Shown in pieces: positions 22,801-32,390 of a stretch of 59,523 bases of DNA. A program made the translations under genes and the position numbers. This stretch comes from Hydrolagus colliei. Its lineage: Eukaryota. Location: the NCBI GenBank assembly GCA_035084275.1, contig JAYJKW010000187.1:1-59523 (forward strand), given 5' to 3'. The notes below the pieces were generated by a model. It searched no databases, was not told the origin of the DNA, and saw only the letters and a list, made by a program, of their open reading frames with translations. Numbering within the stretch: the stretch's first letter is position 1; every line of letters starts with the position of its first letter.

Positions 22801-25705
22801 GTGCTGTAAGATTCTCCGATTGTTTGTGAAACGCCGACCGGGAGCAGGGATTGAGGCAGGATCCAGGTGAGGTTTCAGGAGGGAATTGGGTAAATATCTG
22901 AAGAGAAGCCAATTGTAGGGCATTGGGGAGTGGGCGGGAGGGGTGAGAGGGAGGTTAGTTAATGGATTGTTGTGTCACAGAGAAGCACAGACACAATGGT
23001 CTCACCTGTTACTGACAGCTGGGTGTGGAGGGAATTAAAATTTTGCCCTGGGATCTTAAGCTCCACTCGGTATATATACCTCCCCTGGTCCTGACTGATC
23101 ACAGGGTCTATCATCAGTGTGACGTCGTTATGCCAGGGGTCCCCCAGCAGCCGGTATCGCTCGTCCCCGGGCTTCGGTTCCATTGTCTCACACTTGCCGG
23201 CCTTGCTCTGAGCTGGGCTGTTCCAGCGGCACTCAAACCTGATGACTTTATTGTTATTGATCGTCCACTTGATCGTGATGTCACCTCTGTCATTGGGATT
23301 TGGGTGGGAGAACCAGCAGGACACGATGGCTGACGTCCCGATCTCAGTCTTCACCTCGTCTGGGCCGAGCATTGTCCAACCGGCCAGCTGGTGTACTGTG
23401 TGGGCAGAGACACATTGAAATACTACACACACCGACATACACAGAGAAACACACACCCAATACACAAATATATACACACAATATACACAGAGACACACCC
23501 AATACACACAAACACAGAGACACACCCAACACACAAACACAGAGACACAGGCACCCAACACACACAAACACAGAGACACAACCAACACACACAAACACAG
23601 AGACACGCTCAACACACACAAACACAGAGACACATCCAACACACACAAACACAGAGACACACCCAACACACACAAACACAGAGACACACCCAACACACAC
23701 AAACACAGAGACACACCCAACACACACAAACACAGAGACACAGGCACCCAATACACAAATATATACACACAATATACAGAAACACACACTATACACGCAA
23801 ACATACACAGACATCCCATACATGCAAACACACACACCCAACGCACAATCACAGACACACAACCGACACACAAACACACAGAGACATAGACACTTAACAC
23901 TCAAAAACAGAGATGCAGACACCCAACACACAAACATACCAGACAGGCAACATAGACATAAACATACACAGACACACAAGACACATATAACAACAACAAC
24001 AAAAGTACAGGTGTACAGCACCTCTCGCATCAGGAGGACATCCCAAGGTACTGAGACATAGAGTGATATAGACACATGCAAACATACACGCAGATACGCA
24101 GACACTCAAAGCAAACAAATATACAGACACCAACATATAGGGCAAATAGAGAAAAACTATTTCCACTCGTGGGTGAATCTGTGACTCGTGGTCACAGATT
24201 TAAAATAGTTTCAAGGCGCAGTAGAGGGGAGCTGAGGAGAATTTTTTTCACTCAGCGAGTTGTTGGAATCTGGAATGCATTGCCTGAAAAGGTGGTGGAG
24301 GCTGATTCGATAACAACTTTTAAAAGGGAATTAGATCTTTATTTAGGAAGAACGGGTCTATTAGGCTATGGGGAGCGGGCAGGGCAATGGGATTGAATCG
24401 CTCTTTTCAAAGAGCCGGCACAGACTAGATGGGCCGAATGGCCTCATTTGTGCCGTAAAATTCTATGATTCTATGATTCTATGATTCTATGATATACAGA
24501 GACAGACATGCAACACACAAACAAACATATACAGACACCCAAGACACACACAAACAAACATACACAGACGCCCAACACACAAAAACATACAGAGACCCAT
24601 GCAGAAACATGTCCCCCACACATACAGAAACACAAACGTTCACTGCATTAAAGTCAGGCAATGTCTCATATGCTGCCGTTTGTATAAACTCACAGATTCC
24701 CGCAGAGACAGGAGGGCAGCCAGTCTGGTGGAAACTAATCCAAGGGGTTCAGGGGTTTAAATCGAGAATAAATCCCTCACCCACAGGGAGTGAGTTACAG
24801 GCTGGAGGAGGGCAGAGGGAGCTGTCACATGTAGGGTGAACAAGAAAAGAACAAGGGAGAAGTAGATGGATATTTGGGGAGGACAGGTTTCCAGGGCTAT
24901 GAGGAGAGAGAGAGAGAGAGAGCGGGGAGTGGGATTGATTTGGACAGCTCTTTCCAAAGAGCCGGCAGAGACACGATGGCCAAATGGCTTCCTTCTGTGC
25001 GGTGTAAGTATATGACATGAAAATTCCCGATGTTTGAAGTGGAATCCGCACTCGCTCCCTGGAGGATCCTATTTTACTGAATTCTGGAGAGTATGAGGCA
25101 CAGGTTGGGGACCCCAAGGCTTGGTGACCCCGGAGCTTTGGGGGTAACCGCTGGAATCTAAAACCATCTAAAACCACGCAGCTTGCCATTGACCTCTAAC
25201 TTTCAAGCTTTCTAATTGTCAAGCTAGGATCACCCTGACCATTAGGGCTTTGGCTTGTCGGGTTAACAGGAACTCAGTGGTTTGACTCCCTGCCCCCACT
25301 GACCGTTCTGCCCTTCCAGGTCCTGCCCATGAGCCAGGCTGGGCTGGGCTGTTATCAGCAGTGCTGTGGAGGAGTGTGGACTTGGCTGGCTCAGGAATCG
25401 GCTTAGAGATTGTCACAGAGGGTGAGCTCCCTTGTTAAGCGTCACCTGGGAACCAGCTATAATACATAATTAATAATCATTGCATTTGATATAACGCCTC
25501 AACACATCATTGTGACATCTCAAAGCCCTTCCACCCCACCCCCCGAGGAGGCATTGCTTGATCCCATCTTCCAAGAACGCCTGCCCCTCACTGACCGCTC
25601 GCTCAGAGACCACAGTAGTGTAACAATGGGGAGGGAGTACATACCATAGGCCTGTGCTGTGCCCCACAGGAGGAAGCTGGCAAACCAAACACAGAGAGGC
25701 AGCAT
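4555..25705 (-). CDS. Gene 1: predicted inhibitory Ig-superfamily receptor (SP - Siglec-15-like V - 4x V-set - TM - tail with two tyrosine motifs), 737 aa, 12 coding exons
   Basis: Exons 25705-25645, 23395-23006, 19759-19403, 18320-17961, 16428-16069, 14536-14177, 13241-13155, 12168-12129, 10008-9959, 8359-8282, 7070-7029, 4583-4555 all have AG/GT boundaries. They join in frame (phases 1,1,1,1,1,1,1,2,1,1,1) to 2214 nt with no internal stop. Confidence 0.85.
5330..6480 (-). mobile_element. L2-clade LINE fragment (degenerate RT 3' region)
   Basis: GSVLGWFRSYL.., VRNLGVLFDPE.., ggctttcagcc..ctggaactcc motifs; frameshifted. Confidence 0.75.
6640..6948 (+). mobile_element. CR1 3' fragment
   Basis: [28 protein letters not shown] plus cttatg tail. 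Confidence 0.8.
7029..7070 (-). CDS. Gene 1 exon 11: GDSQVSPIDMDSND
   Basis: Acceptor gttccgtttccag|, donor ATG|gtaaat, 42 nt, phase 1-1. Confidence 0.72.
7330..8280. repeat. C-rich minisatellite (unit about CCCCTGCCCATGTCCCCCCCACCCTCT) in gene 1 intron 10
   Basis: Over 30 degenerate tandem units; source of the Pro- and Gly-rich ORFs. Confidence 0.9.
8282..8359 (-). CDS. Gene 1 exon 10: DTRGDRVTSSDSCQYATILFQHKQGR, ITIM-like CQYATI
   Basis: Acceptor ggctaaacag|, donor GAG|gtgagg, 78 nt, phase 1-1. Confidence 0.75.
8604..8857. other. Assembly gap (254 N) within gene 1 intron 9
   Basis: Run of N. Confidence 1.
8985..9480 (+). mobile_element. CR1 3' fragment
   Basis: [35 protein letters not shown] and typical 3' UTR. 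Confidence 0.8.
9959..10008 (-). CDS. Gene 1 exon 9: cytoplasmic micro-exon RDVVSTSTRLDTMDMMS
   Basis: Acceptor ctctttctcttttattag|, donor CAG|gtacta, 50 nt, phase 2-1 restores frame. Confidence 0.7.
12129..12168 (-). CDS. Gene 1 exon 8: cytoplasmic micro-exon GQPQRLPSSSPPH
   Basis: Strong acceptor ctgctccttgtatctcttcag|, donor CAG|gtcaga, 40 nt, phase 1-2. Confidence 0.7.
13155..13241 (-). CDS. Gene 1 exon 7: uncharged transmembrane segment GYVFPVAIAVSMCLLVLLVTILIVCCKKK
   Basis: Acceptor gtctgatccctcag|, donor AAAG|gtgggt, 87 nt; over 20 hydrophobic residues followed by KKK stop-transfer. Confidence 0.85.
14177..14536 (-). CDS. Gene 1 exon 6: V-set Ig domain A1 (membrane proximal)
   Basis: 360 nt phase 1-1 exon; ORF 14160..14513. 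Confidence 0.88.
15406..15862 (+). mobile_element. CR1 3' fragment in intron between A2 and A1
   Basis: [17 protein letters not shown]-type 3' RT end plus gaatggcctactcctgctcctaattctta tail; duplicated at 17298-17754. Confidence 0.85.
16069..16428 (-). CDS. Gene 1 exon 5: V-set Ig domain A2
   Basis: 360 nt phase 1-1 exon, 1892 bp from A3 and from A1; ORF 16052..16405. Confidence 0.88.
17298..17754 (+). mobile_element. CR1 3' fragment in intron between A3 and A2 (copy of 15406-15862)
   Basis: Same sequence and same insertion point (catctcaagac|...|cttcctctgtgtc). Confidence 0.85.
17961..18320 (-). CDS. Gene 1 exon 4: V-set Ig domain A3
   Basis: 360 nt phase 1-1 exon, open, canonical Cys/Trp/DxGxYxC; ORF 17944..18297. 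Confidence 0.88.
19403..19759 (-). CDS. Gene 1 exon 3: V-set Ig domain A4
   Basis: 357 nt phase 1-1 exon (ttctctgag| ... CCAG|gtaag); [19 protein letters not shown]; FG loop EWAKKR. Confidence 0.9.
20500..21545 (+). mobile_element. 5'-truncated CR1-type LINE (RT C-terminus + 3' UTR) inserted into a SINE
   Basis: ORF 20518..21180 with [23 protein letters not shown]; frameshift near 21137; tail tctatgaatctatgaatcta. Confidence 0.9.
23006..23395 (-). CDS. Gene 1 exon 2: N-terminal Siglec-15-like V-set Ig domain
   Basis: 390 nt phase 1-1 exon (cacacag| ... ACAG|gtgag); [58 protein letters not shown]. Confidence 0.9.
24140..24491 (+). mobile_element. CR1 3' fragment in gene 1 intron 1
   Basis: [29 protein letters not shown] plus (ttctatga)n tail; absent at the mirror site near 44480. 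Confidence 0.85.
25645..25705 (-). CDS. Gene 1 exon 1: signal peptide [20 protein letters not shown]
   Basis: ATG at 25705, hydrophobic leader with small residues near the end (AQA), donor G|GTATGT, phase 1; identical to 41724-41784. Confidence 0.85.
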
Positions 25706-26429
25706 CGTCGGTGACTAACGAGAGTGTCTCCCAACGCTCAACTGAAAATGTCTTCCTCTTTCTCTCCACATTAAGAAATAGGAAGTTCTCCATTCCCCCC
25801 TCAATGAGAGCCACTCACAGCCATGATCACACTGCGCTGAAGGATATTATATCTATTTCTGATCACAGCTGCTGATACATCACCCAGCCAGCCGGCCAGC
25901 CGGCCAGCGAGTGGTGTGTGGGTTTCAAACCACGGTGAAGAAGTTGTTCCCTCAGCCCTTGTTCTGTGTCACTGCCAAAGTCCAAACCCATCTCAGCCTG
26001 AGAGACAACCTTACTGTCAAAGCTAAGATAGCACTGAGTTGTGGATAGTTTTTCAAACCCGGCTTCCATCCAAGCCAATGGATTTGAATGGAACTGTGAA
26101 TCATCCCCAATCTTACGCTTGTGTCCCTTGTTTAAAGTTCCCCAAACTATTCAGAATTATGCTAATAATTAGTTATTGAATTATTTTATGATTTTAAACA
26201 TCTCTATTCGGTTCCCCTTTTAAACCTCTCGTCTCTGGGGAATATATGCCCAACCTATCCAGTCTATTCTGAGAGCAGTCACCAGCCAGCTCTGTTTCCA
26301 TGTGCATGTCACACAGAGACAGCATCTTAATGTACTCCACAACGGACTGGGTGAGAGTCTTAGCTGGGAGTTTGACAGGAATGTTGTCTGTTCCCAAAGC
26401 TTTCCACCTCGCTGAGAGTGAGGAGATAT

Positions 26430-27600
26430 GGATGTCAATCACTCCATCCTCCTACACTGCCTCTCCTCTCAGCTCAGTCTTCATGGACCAGTCCTCGCCT
26501 GGTTTGACTCCTACCTAATCACCATCTCCACTTTGCTGCCACCAATGTCTTCTCCTCTAACCCCCACACTGTCACTTGTAGCATCCCCGATTGGCTCTCT
26601 CCTTGACCCCTACGTTTCAATAGCTACATGTTACCCTTTGGGGATATCATCTGCAAACATGGGGTCGACTACCACATGTACGCGGACGACACCCGACTCT
26701 ATCTTTCTGCCTCTTCCCTCAATTCCAGGACCACTGTTGTCCTGACAGATTGTCTGTGAGACATGAAGTGCTGGATGAGAGCTAACTTTCTACAGTTGAA
26801 TGTCAACAAGACAGACACCCTTCTGACTGGCTCACTCAGCGCCTTCACAGGCACTGGCAGCATCAACCTCTAAGGTTTCACACTCCACCTCACCAAGCCA
26901 GTCAAGAACCTTGGTGTTTTGTTTGATCCTCAACTGACTTTCCTCCCCCACATCCAAGCCATGATCCACACTGCCTTCCTTCACCACTGCAATATTGCCC
27001 GACTCCACTACCACCTCACCCCTCAGGCCACTGAAACCCTCATTCAATTATTCATCATATCCAGGCTCGACTACAGCATCACCCCGCTTGGAGGTTTTCC
27101 CAATTCCTCACTCCACAGGGTTCAGATAATCCAGAAATCTGCAGCCCGTCTCCTCTACCACTCCAAACTTTATGTCCCCAACTCCCCAATTCTCACTTGA
27201 CTCCATTAGCTCCTCGCCATTGCCTGGAGGATTCAATTCAAGATCCTAGTCCTCGCATTCAAGGCAATCCATGACCTCACCCCTACCTCTGTCACTTCCT
27301 AACTAGCTAACAACACTCCTGCCAACTCCGCACAGTAGGCTCCGGCATGCTCCAAGCCCCCCAACCATCGGTGGGCGAGCCTACAGCCTCTCTTTCCATA
27401 ACCTCTGGAATTCCATTCCAAATTCCCTTTTCCATCTTACCCCTCGCTAGCCTCCATCAAGTCCCACCTCTAGACCCTCCTCTTCCACAGTCTCATTGGT
27501 CACCTGAAATCCTCTACTTTCCCACCAACCTCCCCATTCCCGACACCAGCTCAGATCTGAAATATTGACTGTCCAGTGCTTTGGGACGTCCTCCTGACAT
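26430..27600 (+). mobile_element. L2-clade LINE fragment upstream of gene 1 (mirror 39770-40970)
   Basis: ILLHCLSSQLSLHGPVLAWFDSYL..; FDPQLTFLPHI..SRLDY..; degenerate. Confidence 0.75.
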
Positions 27601-30600
27601 GAAAGGTGCTATACAATTGTCATTGAGTTGCTGTTGTTTGTTGTGGCATTTGGAAAGAGATTTCCAGAGGATGGAGGCAGAGAGGATGAAAGCTCACCTG
27701 GTAATGTTGGGATGTATTGAGGGGAGGATCCACGAGGGAAGGGGAAGTATAGTTACTCGAAAGCACTTGACTGGCTATTGAAACTTCCACATTGTGGTCA
27801 ACTGATAAACATTACTGCTTCCTCTTGTCATTCAGCTGCAGGAAGTACTGACATCTTGTGATGCTACAATGTCTTCTGCTCAGATGTTTCAATTCCAAGA
27901 CCATCCCCCCAAACCCCAACATAACTTTCTGTGTCCCAGAGAAAACCAACTGTGGCTGTGGAGCCTGTCCCAGTGACCGCTGCTGTCAGTCGGGGCACCA
28001 CCTCTAATACACAAAAATTACACAGCCTCCACTCAACCCATCTCCTTGAAGAACCTCCACACATTACGTGACACCCCTCTTCTCCCAGGAATTACGGCTA
28101 TGTAAACATAATAGGGGGGTGGTTCTATAGCATAGTGGTTAGGACACTTGACAAGTGAGAGGACCAGGGTTTGATTCCCTTTAGGCAAGTTTCCTTACTC
28201 TACCATTTACAACAACAACAACAAGATTACACTTGAATAGCGACTTTCACACCGAGTGGATGTCCCAAGCTGCCAGACAGTCAATGTTGCAGACACAAGC
28301 TGGGGTCGAGGTCAGGGAGGGTGGAGGGAAAGGAAGTGACTGATGGGACCATCGAAGAGGAAGGTCATGATGCGGGACTTGAAGGAGGCTAGAGAGGGTA
28401 CAAGGTGGAGGGACTGTGGGATGGAATTCCAGAGGTTAAGGGCAGAGTGGCTGAAGGCACACCCGCCGATGGTGGGGCAAGTGGGTCAGGGGACAAGGAG
28501 TAGGCCGAAGCCTGCTGAGTGGAGGGAGCGGGCAGGCTGGGAGGGTGTTAGAAGGTCATAGAGGTAGGGTGGGGCAAGGCTATGGAGGTAGCTTTAGTTG
28601 GCACCATGAAGTTTCCAGTATTACACTCACCCGATGTTCCATTAAACCTGAGGTGCTAGAGCCACAGCGAAAGAAAAATGGCAAGAGTTTCAGACCTAGC
28701 TTCAGTTGACAGGTGAGGTGAAGCCCAGAGGTGAACAAGGTAACTCACAGGGATGGGCCGGCTCCAGGTCAACTTCGGAATAACCAAGGAGATCCCAGCC
28801 AAGCAACAACCGACAGAAATTAGCTTCCTTGTCAAACTTTAATATGATGAACAGTGTGTGAGAAATTCATCCATAAATACAACAAATTGTACCATCACAC
28901 TCACAAAGAGTAGTCAACCCAACCCAACAACTTAACCAACTCAGCTCTGAATTCAATCAACTGAAACAACTCTCAGCCCTGAACCAACTCAACAACTAAA
29001 GCAACTCAGCCCTCAACCAACGTGGACAGCAACTGACTCTCGGCAGATACACAATGCCAGTCGCTAGCAAACTGACTTTGTGACCTGCTTCAAAGCAACC
29101 CTGACAGAAACCAATTCTCAGCCCTGAACAAACTCAACCAAGTATCGATCCTGAACCAAATCAACATTAATCCACCAACATTTCCCCCGTCCTGTCCCCA
29201 TCAAACCTCAGCTTCTGTTCCTAACAACTTCCGGTCTTGACTACAATGTGATCCACAGATTGGTTCATATGTGTTCGGATGTCATAGAATCCAATTCCCT
29301 ACATTGAATCCTCAACGTTAAAACAAACAAAGAGGGGCTGAAATAGCCAAAGAACAGGCAGATCAGATGGTCGTAGAAGAGGAGGGAGGTGAGCAGTTAT
29401 GGCCTGAAATGGTTGAAATCAATATTAAGGCCAGAGGCCTTTTAATGTTGGTACAATTGGCGCAACTCAGCGATGGGTCCCTCATATTACAGGCCCCCAA
29501 AGTAAAGCAAAAAATCATCGAAATGGGAGGATTTGAGTGTGTTGGGCTCGTCTTTTATTAAATACCTGTCCAGCGAACACCAGAGCTCTGCCCAGCCCAG
29601 CCCAGCTAAACCAGAGCTTTCCCCAGCCAGCTAAACCAGAGCTCTCCCCAGCCAGCTAAACCAGAGCTCTCCCAAGTCTGGTGGAGCAGGCTGTCCATCC
29701 GTCTGAAGAGGCATCGCACATGCCGAAAGTAAATTGTTGCATAAAATAACATTTTGAGTAACTTACAAAATAAATCTGCTAATTTGTTAGAAGATATAAC
29801 TTGACTGATAAATAAGCATATAACAATAAGGTCATAACAACAACAAAAAAAAATGGCACTTATGTGGTGCCTTTCATGTTGGGAGGATGTCCCAAAGCGC
29901 TGAACAGTCAGTTCAGGAACAGATCAGTTTCTCCTCATCTCTTCTTAAAACTTCATAATTTTGAACACCTCAATAAAATTCCCCATCAACTTTCTCTGCT
30001 CTAAGGAGAATAATCCCAGTTTCTCTCCACACATTAATAGTCCTTCAACCCTGGTATATTTCAGCGCCTTGGGACGTCCTCCCGACGTGAAAGGCGCTCT
30101 ATAAATGTAAATTGTTGTTGTTGTTGTTGTATAATGCTTGTAAATCTCCGTACCCCCTCCAAGGCACTGATAACCTTCCTAAAATGTGACGGCCAGAATT
30201 AATAATAATAATAATAATCCTTGCTTTTGATATCATGAGCATCTTTGCCCCCACACACTGGAACACTATCCCGCAATCCATCCACCTCTCCCCCTCCCTC
30301 GCCACCTTCAAATCCTGTGTGAAGACTTTCCTCTTCGATCGTGCCTTTGGCCATATTCATACTTGTTGATACTCGATCATGCCATCGTCTATTTCTGAAC
30401 TCCCGGCTTGCTTCCAAAATCCCTCAATCTCCAGCGATCTAGGACATCTTTTTCACATGAGGGCTGTATAGAAGTGTCATTTGTTGTTTCTGTCTTCAAG
30501 ACATCTCAAAGATCTTCACAGAATGCACTGTAAAGAGAATTGACTGTATATCAATATTCTAGCTGAGGCCTAATCAGCTATTTGTAAAGATGCAATATAG

Positions 30601-30969
30601 GTTTTTATACTCTATACCTTCATTTACGAAGTAGTCGTAAATATGGTTGAAGAGGAAGGTATTGAGGTGTGATCTGTAAATGGGGAAATGATGGGGCATG
30701 GCAGATGGATTGAGGGAGAGAGTAGCAAAGCTTTGGGGGATAGTGCCTGAAAGCATGGCCACTGATGGCAGATCTGTAACAACAACAACCAAATTACACT
30801 TGTATAGCGCCTTCCATATCACGAGGAAATCCCAAAGCGCCGAATAAGGAGTCACGTGGAGTCAGGAAACTTACCTAAAGTTTTGCCATGTCAGGAAGCA
30901 AACCCAGGTCCCTCACTTGGAAGTGCTCTAACTACTGAGCTACAGGACTCCGCAAATTGATAATTTGCA

Positions 30970-31600
30970 TCCAAGGATCCTTAAGGAACTAAGGGAAGGT
31001 GTCGCAGAAATACTGGCACAAACCTTTCAGAAATCACTGTATCCCAGGGGATTGGAGAAAGACACATGATACAGTACTCCCATTTTTAACAAAGATAACA
31101 AAAGTGAAACAGGAAACTGCAGAACAGTATGTCTGATGTCCATTGTGGGTAAAATGGAGACCACCTGGACAGAAGTAAAATGATCCATGATAGCCAATAT
31201 GGGTTGCTCAAGGGAAGGTCTTTCCAATCTAATTTACTGGGTTTTTTTGACAAGGGAACTTGACAGTGTAAGGCTATGAATGTTGCATAGCTGGACTTCA
31301 CTAAAACCTTTGATAAATTCCTCTTCAAGGGCTGTTACTGAAAGTAAACAGTGGAGGTATTGGATATGTAACTGGTTGACCAGAGGAACCCAGAAGGGTG
31401 GTGATACAGGAAATGTCATTAGGTTGTGAAAATATCACCAATGGAATTCCAGAATCATCTATTTTGAGAGACCTTTTATGAATTATAAATGATCTGGACC
31501 TAGGAGTCAGGAGTCATGAGCACAATGGCTAAGTTTGTAGATGACGCCAAGCTAATGAAGGTGGTAGAATTTGAAACCAAAGATAGGTTCCAGGAGGATT
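30970..31600 (+). mobile_element. Degenerate CR1 RT fragment
   Basis: Remnants of gggaaggtctttccaatctaatttactg..tttgataaa..aagtttgtagatgacgccaagct, homologous to the RT at 43458-43907 and 20518. Confidence 0.6.
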
Positions 31601-32099
31601 TGAACATACAATAACAGCCTGTTTATCCGGCACCCTCGGGACCTGGCCAATGCCGGTTAAACGGCATGCCGGATATTCAGAAGATATTCAGAAGAAAACC
31701 CAACACACAAAAAAATCTTTTTTTAAACATACCATATTAATAATAGACTAAATAATAACAGAATATTGTATGGATACTCACCAATAAAACAATAAATGTT
31801 GATTACCATCTATAAACACAGCACACAATCACAAAGCAAACTTCTACAACAGCAGATGCCAGTGGCTTAAAGCGGTACTGTCGTTTTTTCCGTGTTCTTT
31901 CTTTCTCTCCCTCCTTCCCCCCTCCCCTCTCTCTCTCTCTCTCTCTTTCCCACACACTCAGTCAGTCTGACACCTCAATGGCTCCAAACCCAAATCCCCT
32001 CCACTCCTCTTATTTTCCATTAAATGAATGAACTCACCCACCCTCTCTCTCTCCCTTCTTCTCCCCCACTTTTCTCTACCCTCCTCCCACTTTTTAGAT

Positions 32100-32390
32100 T
32101 CATAGATTCATATAATTTTACGGCACAAAAGGAGGCCATTCGGCCCATCTAGTCTGTGCCGGCTCTTTGAAAAGAGCAATTCAATCCCACTTCCCTGCCC
32201 GCTCCCCATAGCCTAATAGACCTGTTCTCCCTAAATAAAGATCTAATTCCCTTTTAAACGTTGTTATCGAATCAGCCTCCACCACCTTTTCAGGCAATGC
32301 ATTCCAGATTCCAACAACTCGCTGAGTGAAAAAATTTCTCCTCAGCTCCCCTCTACTTCGCCTTGAAACTATTTTAAATCTGTGACCACA
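32100..32390 (-). mobile_element. CR1 3' fragment
   Basis: ORF 32181..32501 GHRFKIVSRRSRGELRRNFFTQRVV; tail at left. Confidence 0.8.

Larger units (their letters stand above)
19160..28590 (-). repeat. Left arm of ~9.5 kb inverted segmental duplication (mirror of 38810-48365)
   Basis: Reverse-complement matches of exons 1-3, introns and ~2.9 kb of 5' flank (e.g. ORF 27864..28064 minus equals ORF 39332..39532 plus). Confidence 0.9.

Noticed and set aside
22959-23900. 313 aa ORF (and 44735..45931, 398 aa) as single-exon genes
   Set aside because: The N-terminal CV-rich part is translated TG microsatellite; only the 390 nt spliced exon is coding.
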